This document shows, piece by piece, positions 31,084 through 39,590 of a stretch of 41,651 bases of DNA. The notes beneath the pieces are model-generated. The model ran no database searches and was not told the origin of the DNA. It saw only the letters and a program-made list of their open reading frames with translations. Position 1 is the first letter of the stretch. Each line of letters begins with the position of its first letter. A program made the translations under genes and the position numbers. This DNA comes from Chloroflexota bacterium (lineage in GTDB: Bacteria; Chloroflexota; Limnocylindria; Limnocylindrales; CSP1-4), in contig JACDFU010000003.1 of NCBI GenBank assembly GCA_013815585.1, forward strand, positions 1 to 41,651, in the 5' to 3' direction.

Positions 31084-32433
31084 CTAGTTAGCTGTGCCCG
31101 GGACTCGAGGCTCCGTGCCCGGTGGGGGGAAGAGGTCGTCCGCCAGCCCGCGGATCGCGACGACGTCGGGCACCAGGATCGAGCCGCGCTCATCGCTCGT
31201 GAGCTCGACGAGGGGAGGCTCAATCACGGCCCGATACACCTCGTCCCGGCCGATCTGGTCGATCAGTCCGGCCAGGAACGGCAGCCGGTCGGCGGGCATG
31301 TCCGTCTCGAGGGTCTCGCCAACCGCGCCCAGAAAACCGGTGACGTTCGTGACGAAGCCACCCTGGACGACGCGGTCACGCAACGCGACGAGGACCTCCT
31401 GCTGGCGCGCGGCCCGCGTGAAGTCATTCTCTCCGGTGGCCTTGCGGATGCGCGCGTACGCGAGAGCCTCACCGCCGTTCAGGTGATGACGGCCCGGCCG
31501 GATGGAGAAGCCGTCGACCCCGTAGCCACCGTAGGCGGGTGCATCGATCGACTTGGTGACCTGGACGTCGACGCCGCCGAGCGAGTCGACCACCTCCACG
31601 AACCCGCCCAGGTTGACGCGCGCGTAGTAGTGGATCGGGCGATCCAGGAGCAGGCCCAGCGACGTCGCCAGAACCTCGACGCCGTCCCCGCCCTGGCCGG
31701 GGAACTCTGTTGGGTTGGCCTCGACGTAGCTGATGAGGCTGTTGATCTTTGGGGAGAAGCGGCTGCCGGTCGGCAGCGGCACGTCGACCAGGTCGCGCGG
31801 TACCGACAGCATCGAGACGGTCTCTCCGACCGGGTCGACCGAGGCGACGATGATCGTGTCAGTGAGTGACTGCGTTCGACCCGCCCCGGAGTCCACGCCC
31901 AGGATCAGCACGTTGACCCGATCGCCGGTGCTCCAGTTCGGCGGTGAGGCCAGCGGTCGTGGTTGCTCGCCCGGTTCTGCGCCGGCCAAAAAGATCTGTT
32001 CGCTGGTGTCGCGAAGGACGGTGGTCGCGTAGGCAAGCCAGAGCTGCGGCAGGATGACGAAAGCGAGCAGCAGCATCATCGGCAATGCGTCCTGGCCGGT
32101 AAAGCGGCCCATGCGCCGATCGCTGACGCTCGATCCAACGGCCAGCAGCCGGTACAGCAGGACCAGTCCCTGGAGGACCAGGAGCACGAGCAGGATCGTC
32201 GGATCGAAAAGGCTGGCCAGCGCCTGCGTCGGCGCACCCAGCACCACCAAAGCGAAAAGCACGAGCAGCGCGATGGTCGGCAGCAGGAAGGCAAAGGCGA
32301 GCCCGAAGCGCCCGGCGTACAGCAGCCCGAGACCCGGCACGACGGCCGACAGGAACCCCGCCAGGTAGCGGCGAGGACCTCGGCGGGCAGGGGGATCCAT
32401 CGGACGGTACTGGGTCCGTCCGTAGGCCGTCAT
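31084..32433 (-). CDS. LCP (LytR-CpsA-Psr) family ligase, paralogue of 1899-3425
   Basis: Motifs: VNVLILGVDSGAGRTQSLTDTIIVASVDP, LSVPRDLVDVPLP, IHYYARVNLGGFVEVVDSLGGVDVQV and GRHHLNGGEALAYARIRK..NDFTRAARQQEV. It has the same N-terminal PGLG-type membrane module as the first copy. Confidence 0.85.
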   Translation of the reverse strand: MTAYGRTQYRPMDPPARRGPRRYLAGFLSAVVPGLGLLYAGRFGLAFAFLLPTIALLVLFALVVLGAPTQALASLFDPTILLVLLVLQGLVLLYRLLAVGSSVSDRRMGRFTGQDALPMMLLLAFVILPQLWLAYATTVLRDTSEQIFLAGAEPGEQPRPLASPPNWSTGDRVNVLILGVDSGAGRTQSLTDTIIVASVDPVGETVSMLSVPRDLVDVPLPTGSRFSPKINSLISYVEANPTEFPGQGGDGVEVLATSLGLLLDRPIHYYARVNLGGFVEVVDSLGGVDVQVTKSIDAPAYGGYGVDGFSIRPGRHHLNGGEALAYARIRKATGENDFTRAARQQEVLVALRDRVVQGGFVTNVTGFLGAVGETLETDMPADRLPFLAGLIDQIGRDEVYRAVIEPPLVELTSDERGSILVPDVVAIRGLADDLFPPPGTEPRVPGTAN

Positions 32434-32451
32434 CAGGGGGCGAGGCTACCA

Positions 32452-33195
32452 TCAGCGACCCGCGCCGGTCCGATCGAACGGGATGCCGCGATCGCGCAGG
32501 CTGACGAAGGCGTCGTGCCCGACGATCAGGTGGTCCAGCACCGGCAGGTCGAGAAGGCGGCCGGCGGCAACCGCCTCCGCCGTGAGGTGCAGGTCGTCAG
32601 GGCTCGGCGCCGGGTCACCAGACGGATGGTTGTGGACGACGATGATCCCCGCCGCGTGGTGACGCACCGCGTCCCGAAACAGCTCCCCCACTCGCACCAG
32701 GGCCGTCGAGACATTGCCCCGGTAGACCGTCTCGATCCCCAGCACGACGTTCTTGGCGTTCAGCAGCGCCACGCGCAGCTCTTCCCGCTGCAGCCGGCCC
32801 ATCTCCGGGACCAGCCGATCTGCCAGGTCGCGGGGGGATCGCACGACGAGCCGGCCAGTCGGCCAGTCGACGACCAGCCGGCGTCCGATCTCGAAGGCGG
32901 CTGCCAGCTGGGCGGCTCGGACCGTCCCCACCCCGGGCAACCGCTCGAGCTCCGGCCGCGTTGCCCCCGCCAGACCCGCCAGACCGCCGTGCCGGGCGAT
33001 CGCCTCGGACGCCAGGTCCACCGCGCTCCGGCCCACCGTGCCATTGCCCCAGAGGAGGCCGATCAGCTCGGCCGAGCTGAGCCCAGCCGCACCGCGCCGC
33101 GCCAGGCGTTCACGTGGCCGCTCCTCCAGTGCCAGCTCGCGGATCCGGCGTGGTGGCTGATACGGCCGCGGCGCGACGCGCCGGGGCATCGTCAT
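32452..33195 (-). CDS. radC: RadC-like JAB/MPN domain protein (UPF0758)
   Basis: An HhH region (LERLPGVGTVRAAQLAAAFEIGRR) is followed by the JAMM motif VVHNHPSGDPAPSPDD. Confidence 0.9.
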   Translation of the reverse strand: MTMPRRVAPRPYQPPRRIRELALEERPRERLARRGAAGLSSAELIGLLWGNGTVGRSAVDLASEAIARHGGLAGLAGATRPELERLPGVGTVRAAQLAAAFEIGRRLVVDWPTGRLVVRSPRDLADRLVPEMGRLQREELRVALLNAKNVVLGIETVYRGNVSTALVRVGELFRDAVRHHAAGIIVVHNHPSGDPAPSPDDLHLTAEAVAAGRLLDLPVLDHLIVGHDAFVSLRDRGIPFDRTGAGR

Positions 33196-33348
33196 GGCAG
33201 TGCGTCTCGTCGAGGGCGGAGAGGAAGTGCTCCCGGGTCCGAACGACGGAGCCCGCCGATTCCCCCGCCATCAGGCCCCGAGAGCGACGCGATCCTATCG
33301 AGGCCGGGTCTACGCCGGCTTACCCCGCACTAGCCGCCGACTCCGGGA

Positions 33349-34356
33349 TCAGGCGGGCTCGGCGAGCCGGGTGGCCAGCCCAAACAGCACCAGGGCAGTC
33401 GCGTTCGATGCGGCATGACCCAGCACTGCGGCGACGATGCCACGACGCTGAAACAACCAGCCCAGCAGAAAGCCAAGCGGCAGGACCGTCATGAAGGTGA
33501 TCAACGCAAGCAGCACGCCCTCGCGCGCCGAGTCGCCGGTGACGTTGGCGATGTGGACGATCGCGAAGAAGAGTGCGCTCCGGATCAGCGCGGTGCGACC
33601 GCCCCGATCGCGCCACCAGGCAACGAGGCTGAAGCCACGGAAGAAGAGCTCCTCGGCGGTGGGCGCGACGATCACGACGGCAAGCACCAGCAGGAGCACG
33701 CCCAGGTCGTCTCGAGGTGTCGGGATCGTCTGGGCACCCTTCACCCCGAGCAGTGCAGCGAGCAGGCCACCCGCGATCGAGATGACCAGGTTGGCCGGGG
33801 CCATGACCGCAATCGCGGTCGCCCCATCGTCCAGCAGCCGACCTAGCGTCAGCCCGCGCACGGGCCAGCCCATCTCGCGCCACGAAAGTGACCCGGTGCG
33901 GACGACGAAGAGCCAGAGGCTGAGGAGGTACCCCGATGCGACGAGGAGCAGACCGATCAGGAAGCCGGCGGGCGACTCGAAGTCGATCAGGCCGACGGGA
34001 CCCAGCAGAAGCGCCAGCGCCGACGTCGCGGCGACAGCGATCCCGAAGACGATCACCGGGGACGGTCCGCGGTACCGGTCGGCTGGCCGATCCGCGCGCG
34101 CCAGCACCTGGTAGCCGGCCCCACTCGACAGGCCACAGATCAGCGCAGCCAGACCGCCGAGAAGCAGGATCGTGGTCGCCGTGCGATCGGCCGCCAGGAG
34201 GCCGACGAGGACCAGTCCGATCCCCGCCACGGCGAGCAGCCAGGCGAGGAAGTACAGCCCGGGGGCCGGCCGGCGCTCAAGTGAGAAGACGCCTCCCACC
34301 GGAGGCCCGGGGGTCAGCTCCGGTCTAAGCTCCGAGCTGCCTGGTTCATCGGTCAC
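33349..34356 (-). CDS. CPBP family intramembrane glutamic endopeptidase (CAAX protease/Abi family)
   Basis: Motif 1 is TAEELFFRG, motif 2 is FFAIVH and motif 3 is LGHAASN, set in a polytopic membrane protein. The GTG start overlaps the upstream stop (GTGA). Confidence 0.85.
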   Translation of the reverse strand: MTDEPGSSELRPELTPGPPVGGVFSLERRPAPGLYFLAWLLAVAGIGLVLVGLLAADRTATTILLLGGLAALICGLSSGAGYQVLARADRPADRYRGPSPVIVFGIAVAATSALALLLGPVGLIDFESPAGFLIGLLLVASGYLLSLWLFVVRTGSLSWREMGWPVRGLTLGRLLDDGATAIAVMAPANLVISIAGGLLAALLGVKGAQTIPTPRDDLGVLLLVLAVVIVAPTAEELFFRGFSLVAWWRDRGGRTALIRSALFFAIVHIANVTGDSAREGVLLALITFMTVLPLGFLLGWLFQRRGIVAAVLGHAASNATALVLFGLATRLAEPA

Positions 34357-35072
34357 CAGGGCCGCGACGCGGCCCGTCCCGGCGGTGATCCCTCGGCCAG
34401 TGGCTCTTGCGGGCCGGAGCCGATGGCGGGGCGCTGTTGCCGTCGCTCCTCTGCCTCGAGACGGAGCTGAGGTCGGCCGGCGGTCACGGTCTCATCGGCC
34501 GTCCGCTGTTCCAGTGCCGGGGCACCCAGGGCCTGACGCGAGGCCGCGAGGGCGGGCGCCGTAGCGGAGGCGGGAATATCGCGCAGCAGCTCCTGGCGCT
34601 CGAAGTCCTTGCCGCACCAGGCGCAGAGCGTCCAGTCGAGCTCGACCAGTCGGCTGCAGTTGGGGCAGACGCGGCGGAGCCGGTTTCGGCAGGTCGGGCA
34701 GATGATCCAGTCCCCGTGCACCCGGCGAGCACAGTTGGCGCAGTGGGGTTGCGACTCGACCTCGACGAGCATCGCCTCTTCGGCAAGGGCCCGTTCGTTT
34801 GCCTCGGCCACGGTCTCGCCCGGGCGCAGGATGCGATACAGCAGCACCCCGAAGGGGAATAGGAGCGGTGTGAACAGGATGATCAGCGCGGCCGCCAGGT
34901 AGGGCGCGATCGGGTTCGCGGTCCGCGTCTGCAGATCCCGGTATGCCCAGTAGGCCGCCGCCAGCCAGATGAGCACGACGTAGATCCCGATCGCTCGCAT
35001 CGCGAGCTGGATCGTGGGGTCTTCGAAGAATGCCCCGATCGCCTCTCCGAAGGCTCCGAGAATCTGATCCAT
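34353..35072 (-). CDS. Membrane protein with an N-terminal two-TM PLDc_N-like module and a cytoplasmic double zinc-ribbon
   Basis: The N-terminal module is VLIWLAAAYWAYRDLQTR...LFPFGVLLYRILRP. The zinc ribbon is HCANCARRV..ICPTCRNRL..CPNCSRLV..CAWCG. ATG 35072 has GGAG 7 nt upstream; the tracked ORF starts at GTG 35120. Confidence 0.65.
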   Translation of the reverse strand: MDQILGAFGEAIGAFFEDPTIQLAMRAIGIYVVLIWLAAAYWAYRDLQTRTANPIAPYLAAALIILFTPLLFPFGVLLYRILRPGETVAEANERALAEEAMLVEVESQPHCANCARRVHGDWIICPTCRNRLRRVCPNCSRLVELDWTLCAWCGKDFERQELLRDIPASATAPALAASRQALGAPALEQRTADETVTAGRPQLRLEAEERRQQRPAIGSGPQEPLAEGSPPGRAASRPW

Positions 35073-35147
35073 GTCCGGGCTCCGCCTCCGTGGCGCTGCA
35101 GCCCGTCGTGCTCGAGGCACCGAACCACCGGGGCGGCGACGCGAGCG

Positions 35148-35153
35148 AGTCTA
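35148..35153 (-). promoter_or_regulatory. TAGACT -10-like box in the 131-nt gap upstream of the zinc-ribbon gene
   Basis: The plus strand reads agtcta. It lies downstream of a 7-bp hairpin GTCTGCC-N5-GGCAGAC at about 35175-35193. Confidence 0.25.
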
Positions 35154-35203
35154 GCAGGGGAGCGATTTGCGCCGTCTGCCTCTCCAGGCAGACACGGTTC
35201 GAT

Positions 35204-36172
35204 TCAGCGGATGGCTTCGATGCTCCAGAGCGCTGCGCGCAGTGCCGAAGCGAAGCCGGCCAGGACCAGCGTGGCGGCCCAGACGGCCACGAAGAGCGCC
35301 GTGATGAAGGCGGCTGTCGCCACGAGCTGAGGATCATCGAGGGGGCGGGTGGACAGGAAGACGGCGCGGATCCCGGTCCAGGCAAGGTGAAGCGCGAAGA
35401 GGGCGGGCAGGACCATCGCCAGCGCCACGATCCAGCCGGTTGCGCTCGTCCGCAGTGCTCGCGCCGCGCTCGGCCGCCGTGGGGCTCCGGTCGCCAGGCC
35501 GGAGCGCCGTCGCAGCACCCGCCGTGTCGCGAGCGCGGCAAGCACCTCCGCGAGCAGCACGACAGCCACGACGAGGGCGAGCGGCTCGCGGGCGCCATCG
35601 AGCAGGCGGAGGACGAGCGGCACCTCCAGCGAGCCGGGGCGCAGGAACTCGGCGTATCCCACGTCGACCAGCCGGAGCGTCAGCCATCCCAACGCCAGGG
35701 CGACTGGCACGAGGAGGAGCACCTGGATGGCCACGAGTTCCAGAACGGTCCTGAGACGCCGTTCCGGAAGCACTCGCGCCGCGGCGCCGCCAGTGGTGGC
35801 GAGCTCGGAGCTCGCAAGCAGACGCTCCCAGGCGCTGAGGTCGGCCACGGCCGTGCCGAAGGCCGCCACGACGACCAGGCCGGCCAGCCCCGCGAGAGCA
35901 AGCGCGATCGCCGCAACCAGGTTCGCCGAAAGGCCGGCAGCGCCGATCGCGTCCGCCCCAAGCAGCGTGCTGAGCTCGACCGGGCTGGGGAGGGCCCAGA
36001 TTGGTAAAGCGAGCACCAGCCAGCCGCCGCGCAGCAGGAAGCCGAGGGCGCCCAGCAACCAGAGTTGCGGATCGGCGAGAACCACCGCCAGGGCCGTGGC
36101 GAGCGAGCCCGGGAAGGACACGTGCGACGACTGCGATCGCGCCACCCCGAGATCCCCCGAGAGGAATCTCAT
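35204..36172 (-). CDS. Hypothetical polytopic membrane protein (about 322 aa, 6-7 TM)
   Basis: Long hydrophobic segments are separated by Arg-rich loops. The start is set at ATG 36172, which overlaps the upstream stop by 1 nt (TGATG). No recognisable family motif was found. Confidence 0.55.
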   Translation of the reverse strand: MRFLSGDLGVARSQSSHVSFPGSLATALAVVLADPQLWLLGALGFLLRGGWLVLALPIWALPSPVELSTLLGADAIGAAGLSANLVAAIALALAGLAGLVVVAAFGTAVADLSAWERLLASSELATTGGAAARVLPERRLRTVLELVAIQVLLLVPVALALGWLTLRLVDVGYAEFLRPGSLEVPLVLRLLDGAREPLALVVAVVLLAEVLAALATRRVLRRRSGLATGAPRRPSAARALRTSATGWIVALAMVLPALFALHLAWTGIRAVFLSTRPLDDPQLVATAAFITALFVAVWAATLVLAGFASALRAALWSIEAIR

Positions 36173-36648
36173 CAGGGTCGTCCGCAGGCCACGATGGCGC
36201 TGCCAAAGGCGCGAAGTGCCTCCCGAGCCAGCTGGTTTCGCGTCATCGTCAGCTGGCGGACGGGCTCCCATTTGATCGCCAGCTGGACGATGAGCGGCCG
36301 CTCCCAGGGCCGCGACTCATCGGCGGCCGGGGGCAGCCGCAATCGCACCAGCTGACGGCCGTCTTCCTGTGCGATTAAACCCGAGAGCGCACCCGCGAAG
36401 GCGGGTCCGATGAGACCCAGCGGCGGATCTGGCGGGGGACCCGTCTGCGGGGCGATCGACCGCGCGTTCACGATCCCCTCACTGTCGCCCGCCCAGACCA
36501 CGGCGAGCCACCATCCGTCGTCGGTCTCCGTGGGTGGCGACATCCCGAGCTGCAGGCTCGTCCCGGCGCCATTGGGGCCGGCGTGGATGGTGACCCGCTC
36601 CTCGCGAAGGAACGAGAGGCCCGGGGGCTGAGGCGGGGCGGGCGTCAT
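36172..36648 (-). CDS. Hypothetical soluble protein (158 aa), first gene of the operon
   Basis: The ORF has protein-like composition (GWWLAVVWAGDSEGIVNARS and LIVQLAIKWEPVRQLTMTRNQLAREALRAFG) and is coupled to the next gene. No family was recognised. Confidence 0.5.
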   Translation of the reverse strand: MTPAPPQPPGLSFLREERVTIHAGPNGAGTSLQLGMSPPTETDDGWWLAVVWAGDSEGIVNARSIAPQTGPPPDPPLGLIGPAFAGALSGLIAQEDGRQLVRLRLPPAADESRPWERPLIVQLAIKWEPVRQLTMTRNQLAREALRAFGSAIVACGRP

Positions 36649-36654
36649 CCCCGG

Positions 36655-36660
36655 AGTCTA
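36655..36660 (-). promoter_or_regulatory. TAGACT -10-like box 6 nt upstream of ATG 36648 (candidate leaderless promoter)
   Basis: The plus strand reads agtcta at 36655-36660, and the spacer ccccgg occupies 36649-36654. Confidence 0.4.
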
Positions 36661-36702
36661 GTGTCCGAGAGCCTCCCCTCAGCAGGCCCGAAGCGTGCCA
36701 CC

Positions 36703-36770
36703 TACGCACCTGGTGCGTACTAACGGCTGGGCGGGCTCAAGAAGGGGCCACTTACGCACCACCTGCGTAA
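36703..36770. promoter_or_regulatory. Two perfect palindromes sharing TACGCA/TGCGTA arms: TACGCAC-CTG-GTGCGTA (36703-36719) and TTACGCA-CCACC-TGCGTAA (36752-36770). On the plus strand each is immediately preceded by GCCAC. They are candidate operators or RNA hairpins.
   Basis: Read directly. The palindrome centres lie about 63 and 113 nt upstream of ATG 36648. A third, imperfect copy TACGCACCCCATGCGCA is at 36910-36926. Confidence 0.55.
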
Positions 36771-36924
36771 TACGTCCGTGGCACGGCTGTTTCTCGACGC
36801 GCGGCCGCCTCCGACGGCCTCGCGGACCCCTCCTCCACGCTCAGGGCCGGCCTCCCAGCCGCCGCGGAGCTGCGCCGGATCCACTCGTGAGTGGCACCCG
36901 CGGACTTACTACGCACCCCATGCG

Positions 36925-36960
36925 CAAACGGCACAAGAAGCAGCCCGGTAAGCGCCGGGC
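36925..36960 (-). terminator. Possible terminator of the 37012-37746 gene
   Basis: On the minus strand the hairpin GCCCGG-CGCTTA-CCGGGC is followed by TGCTTCTTGTGCCGTTTG. The stem is only 6 bp and the tail is interrupted. Confidence 0.35.
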
Positions 36961-37011
36961 CGGCCTGCACCTCGCCAGTGTGCGGCTTCGAGGGTCACGC
37001 GGTGAGCGGGG

Positions 37012-37746
37012 TCAGGCCTCCAGCGCCTCATCCTGCTCATCGCGCAGCGGTGACGGCTCGACGTCCCTAGCCGGGTCGGCCTGATACGCCTCGAGCTCGA
37101 TCTGGGTCATCATCGCCCGCACGCGATCATCCGGCGGTTGCAGGGCTTCGTCGCCGACCCCAGCCGCGGTCGCGCCCGCTGACGCGCCGGCCGGCGCGGA
37201 GGCAGCTGTCTCCGAGCGCAGGAGGGGGCGGAATGCGCTTCGTGATTCAGTCTCGGTCCGTGCCCGCTCGGCTCGGATGATCGCGGCGCGGGCCTCCGTC
37301 GACATCGTGGTGAGGCCGGGCACCTCGACTTCCTCGGTGACCGGCCGCGCAAGCGAGCCGCAATTGGGACAGGCGATCTCGGCGGCGTCCGGCAACGGAG
37401 CGTTGCACCATTGGCAGGTCTCGACCGCGGGAGCCGGCTCACCGAAATGGGCGGTCTCCGCATCCAGCGTTGGCGCGAAGCGAGTGTCGACCGCCAATGG
37501 ATCTTCCAGCTCAGCACGCAGCCGGGCGATCTCGCGCTGGACTGCCTGCGGATCGGCCGCAGGGGCGTCATCGCCCGGGGACGCGAGGTCGGCTTGGGGC
37601 TCGGGGCCAGCCTCGAGCCGGGCATCGTCGCCCGACGGGGAATTCGTCGACGGCTGGTCGTCGTCCATCGGCCGTTCCATCGGTTGCACTCTAGGACCCT
37701 CCTCGCGAGCGGCGAGTCCCACGATGGTCACCCCCACGCTCTCCAA
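37012..37746 (-). CDS. Hypothetical acidic protein with a central zinc-ribbon (CxxC-N14-CxxC)
   Basis: The zinc ribbon is CQWCNAPLPDAAEIACPNCG, flanked by Asp/Glu/Pro/Ala-rich low-complexity segments. The gene starts 16 nt downstream of guaA; an internal ATG (MERPMDD) is an alternative start. Confidence 0.5.
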   Translation of the reverse strand: MESVGVTIVGLAAREEGPRVQPMERPMDDDQPSTNSPSGDDARLEAGPEPQADLASPGDDAPAADPQAVQREIARLRAELEDPLAVDTRFAPTLDAETAHFGEPAPAVETCQWCNAPLPDAAEIACPNCGSLARPVTEEVEVPGLTTMSTEARAAIIRAERARTETESRSAFRPLLRSETAASAPAGASAGATAAGVGDEALQPPDDRVRAMMTQIELEAYQADPARDVEPSPLRDEQDEALEA

Positions 37747-37761
37747 ACACTGGGACCTCTG

Positions 37762-39564
37762 TCATTCCCACTCGATTGTCGCCGGTGGCTTGCTGCTGAT
37801 GTCGTAGACGACCCGGTTGACGCCAGGGACCTCGTTCACGATGCGGCTGGAGATCTTGCCCAGGACGTCGTAGGGCAGCTTTGCCCAGTCGGCCGTCATG
37901 CCGTCCTCGGAGGTGACGGCACGAATTGCGACCACGTTGGCGTAGGTCCGTCCGTCGCCCATCACCCCCACGCTTCGGACCGGCGTCAGGATCGCGAAGC
38001 TCTGCCACAAAGCCCGGTAGAGCCCGGCGCCCTTGATCTCGTCGATGACGATCCAGTCCGCGTCCCTCAGGGTTTCCAGGCGCTCGGCGGTCACCTCACC
38101 GAGGATCCTGATCGCGAGTCCCGGTCCCGGGAACGGTTGGCGGTAGACCATCGACTCGGGCAGCCCAAGCTCGAGACCGACGGATCGAACCTCATCCTTG
38201 AAGAGGTAGCGCAGCGGCTCGATGAGCTGAAATCGCAGGTCGGCCGGCAGGCCGCCGACGTTGTGGTGGGTCTTGATCTTCTGGGCTGCCTTCGTTTCGG
38301 GGGTGGCCGACTCGATCACGTCCGGGTAGAGGGTCCCCTGGGTCAAGAAGTCGATGCGCCCGAGCTTCGCCGCCTCCTCCTCGAAGACGCGAATGAACTC
38401 GTCGCCGATGATGCGGCGCTTCTGCTCGGGATCCTCCACGCCCGCGAGCCGGACGAGGAACCGCTCGCGTGCGTCGACCATCACCAGCTTCATGCCGAGG
38501 CTGGCCTCGAAGGTCTGGCGCAGCAGCTCTGACTCCCGCTTGCGCATCAGGCCGTGATCCACGTAGATGCAGGTGAGACGGTCGCCGACAGCGCGATGAA
38601 CGAGCGTGGCCGCCACGGCGGAGTCGACGCCGCCCGACAGAGCGCAGATGACTCGTCCGTCCGAAGCGGTCTCGTCTGCGTGAGCTGCCACCCTGGCCCG
38701 AATCTCCGCGATGGTCGTCTCGATGAAGCTGCCGGCCGTCCACGTCGGACGGGCAGCCGCAACCTGCAGGACGAAGTTGCTCAGGATCTCCCGGCCCGCT
38801 GGCGTGTGCTGCACCTCGGGGTGGAACTGGATGCCGTAGAGACGTCGCTCGGGGTCGGCCAGGCCCGCGAAGGCGGTCGAGTCCGTCTGCGCGGTGCCAT
38901 GGAAGCCGGGAGGCGGCCGACGGATCGAGTCGCCATGGCTCATCCAGACGGGCTGCTCGGGGTCCAGGCCGCGGAAGAGGCCGTCCTCCGAGGTGATCGT
39001 GACCGTCGCCGGGCCGTACTCGCGCGTGGTGGCCGGTACCACGTCGCCGCCGAGCTCGCTGGCCATCAACTGGAGGCCGTAGCAGACGCCGAGGACCGGG
39101 ATCCGCTCCTCCCAGATCCGTGGATCGGGCTTTGGCGCGCCCGGGTCATAGACGCTGGCAGGGCCCCCCGAGAGGATGATCGCCTTTGGGTGGCGCCGCG
39201 CGATCTCCGCCCAGGGCGTGTCGAAGGGAAGCAGCTCCGAGTAGACATGCAGTTCGCGAATGCGGCGCGCGATCAGCTGCGCGTACTGGCTCCCGAAGTC
39301 GAGCACGATCACGGTGTCGGGCTCGGCGCCAGCGCCCGGACCGGCCGGGTCACCGAATTCGGAGGAGCGCTGGGCGGCACCAACGTGGAGCGCCGTCTCC
39401 AGGTAGGCCTCCACCTCGGCGTCGTCGGGGGCGAGGACCCGGTGCCCCGCGTTGGCGGGCTCGCCGTGGACCGTCTTGCCTCGCTCGGGGCGCGCGAGAA
39501 CCTCATGGTTCGGCTCCGCCCCGTGCCTGGGCCCGGCTTCTGCCGCAGCCTCGGTGTCGGCCAA
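37762..39564 (-). CDS. guaA: GMP synthase (glutamine-hydrolysing)
   Basis: The GATase domain shows [20 protein letters not shown] and GVCYGLQLM. The ATP-PPase domain shows [12 protein letters not shown], and the C-terminal dimerisation domain ends in IEWE. The tracked ORF starts at TTG 39564, about 84 aa upstream of the conserved core. GTG 39312 would give a canonical-length protein. Confidence 0.95.
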   Translation of the reverse strand: MADTEAAAEAGPRHGAEPNHEVLARPERGKTVHGEPANAGHRVLAPDDAEVEAYLETALHVGAAQRSSEFGDPAGPGAGAEPDTVIVLDFGSQYAQLIARRIRELHVYSELLPFDTPWAEIARRHPKAIILSGGPASVYDPGAPKPDPRIWEERIPVLGVCYGLQLMASELGGDVVPATTREYGPATVTITSEDGLFRGLDPEQPVWMSHGDSIRRPPPGFHGTAQTDSTAFAGLADPERRLYGIQFHPEVQHTPAGREILSNFVLQVAAARPTWTAGSFIETTIAEIRARVAAHADETASDGRVICALSGGVDSAVAATLVHRAVGDRLTCIYVDHGLMRKRESELLRQTFEASLGMKLVMVDARERFLVRLAGVEDPEQKRRIIGDEFIRVFEEEAAKLGRIDFLTQGTLYPDVIESATPETKAAQKIKTHHNVGGLPADLRFQLIEPLRYLFKDEVRSVGLELGLPESMVYRQPFPGPGLAIRILGEVTAERLETLRDADWIVIDEIKGAGLYRALWQSFAILTPVRSVGVMGDGRTYANVVAIRAVTSEDGMTADWAKLPYDVLGKISSRIVNEVPGVNRVVYDISSKPPATIEWE

Positions 39565-39590
39565 TCTCCCTCCGGCTCCTGCCGCGAAGT

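Noticed and set aside
36695-37084. 129-aa plus-strand ORF (and the 72-aa minus-strand ORF at 36752-36970) inside the long spacer
   Set aside because: - The translations are Arg/Gly/Pro-rich with no motif.
- The plus-strand ORF runs into the convergent end of the 37012-37746 gene.
- The region is better explained by palindromes plus a terminator. A small peptide cannot be formally excluded.
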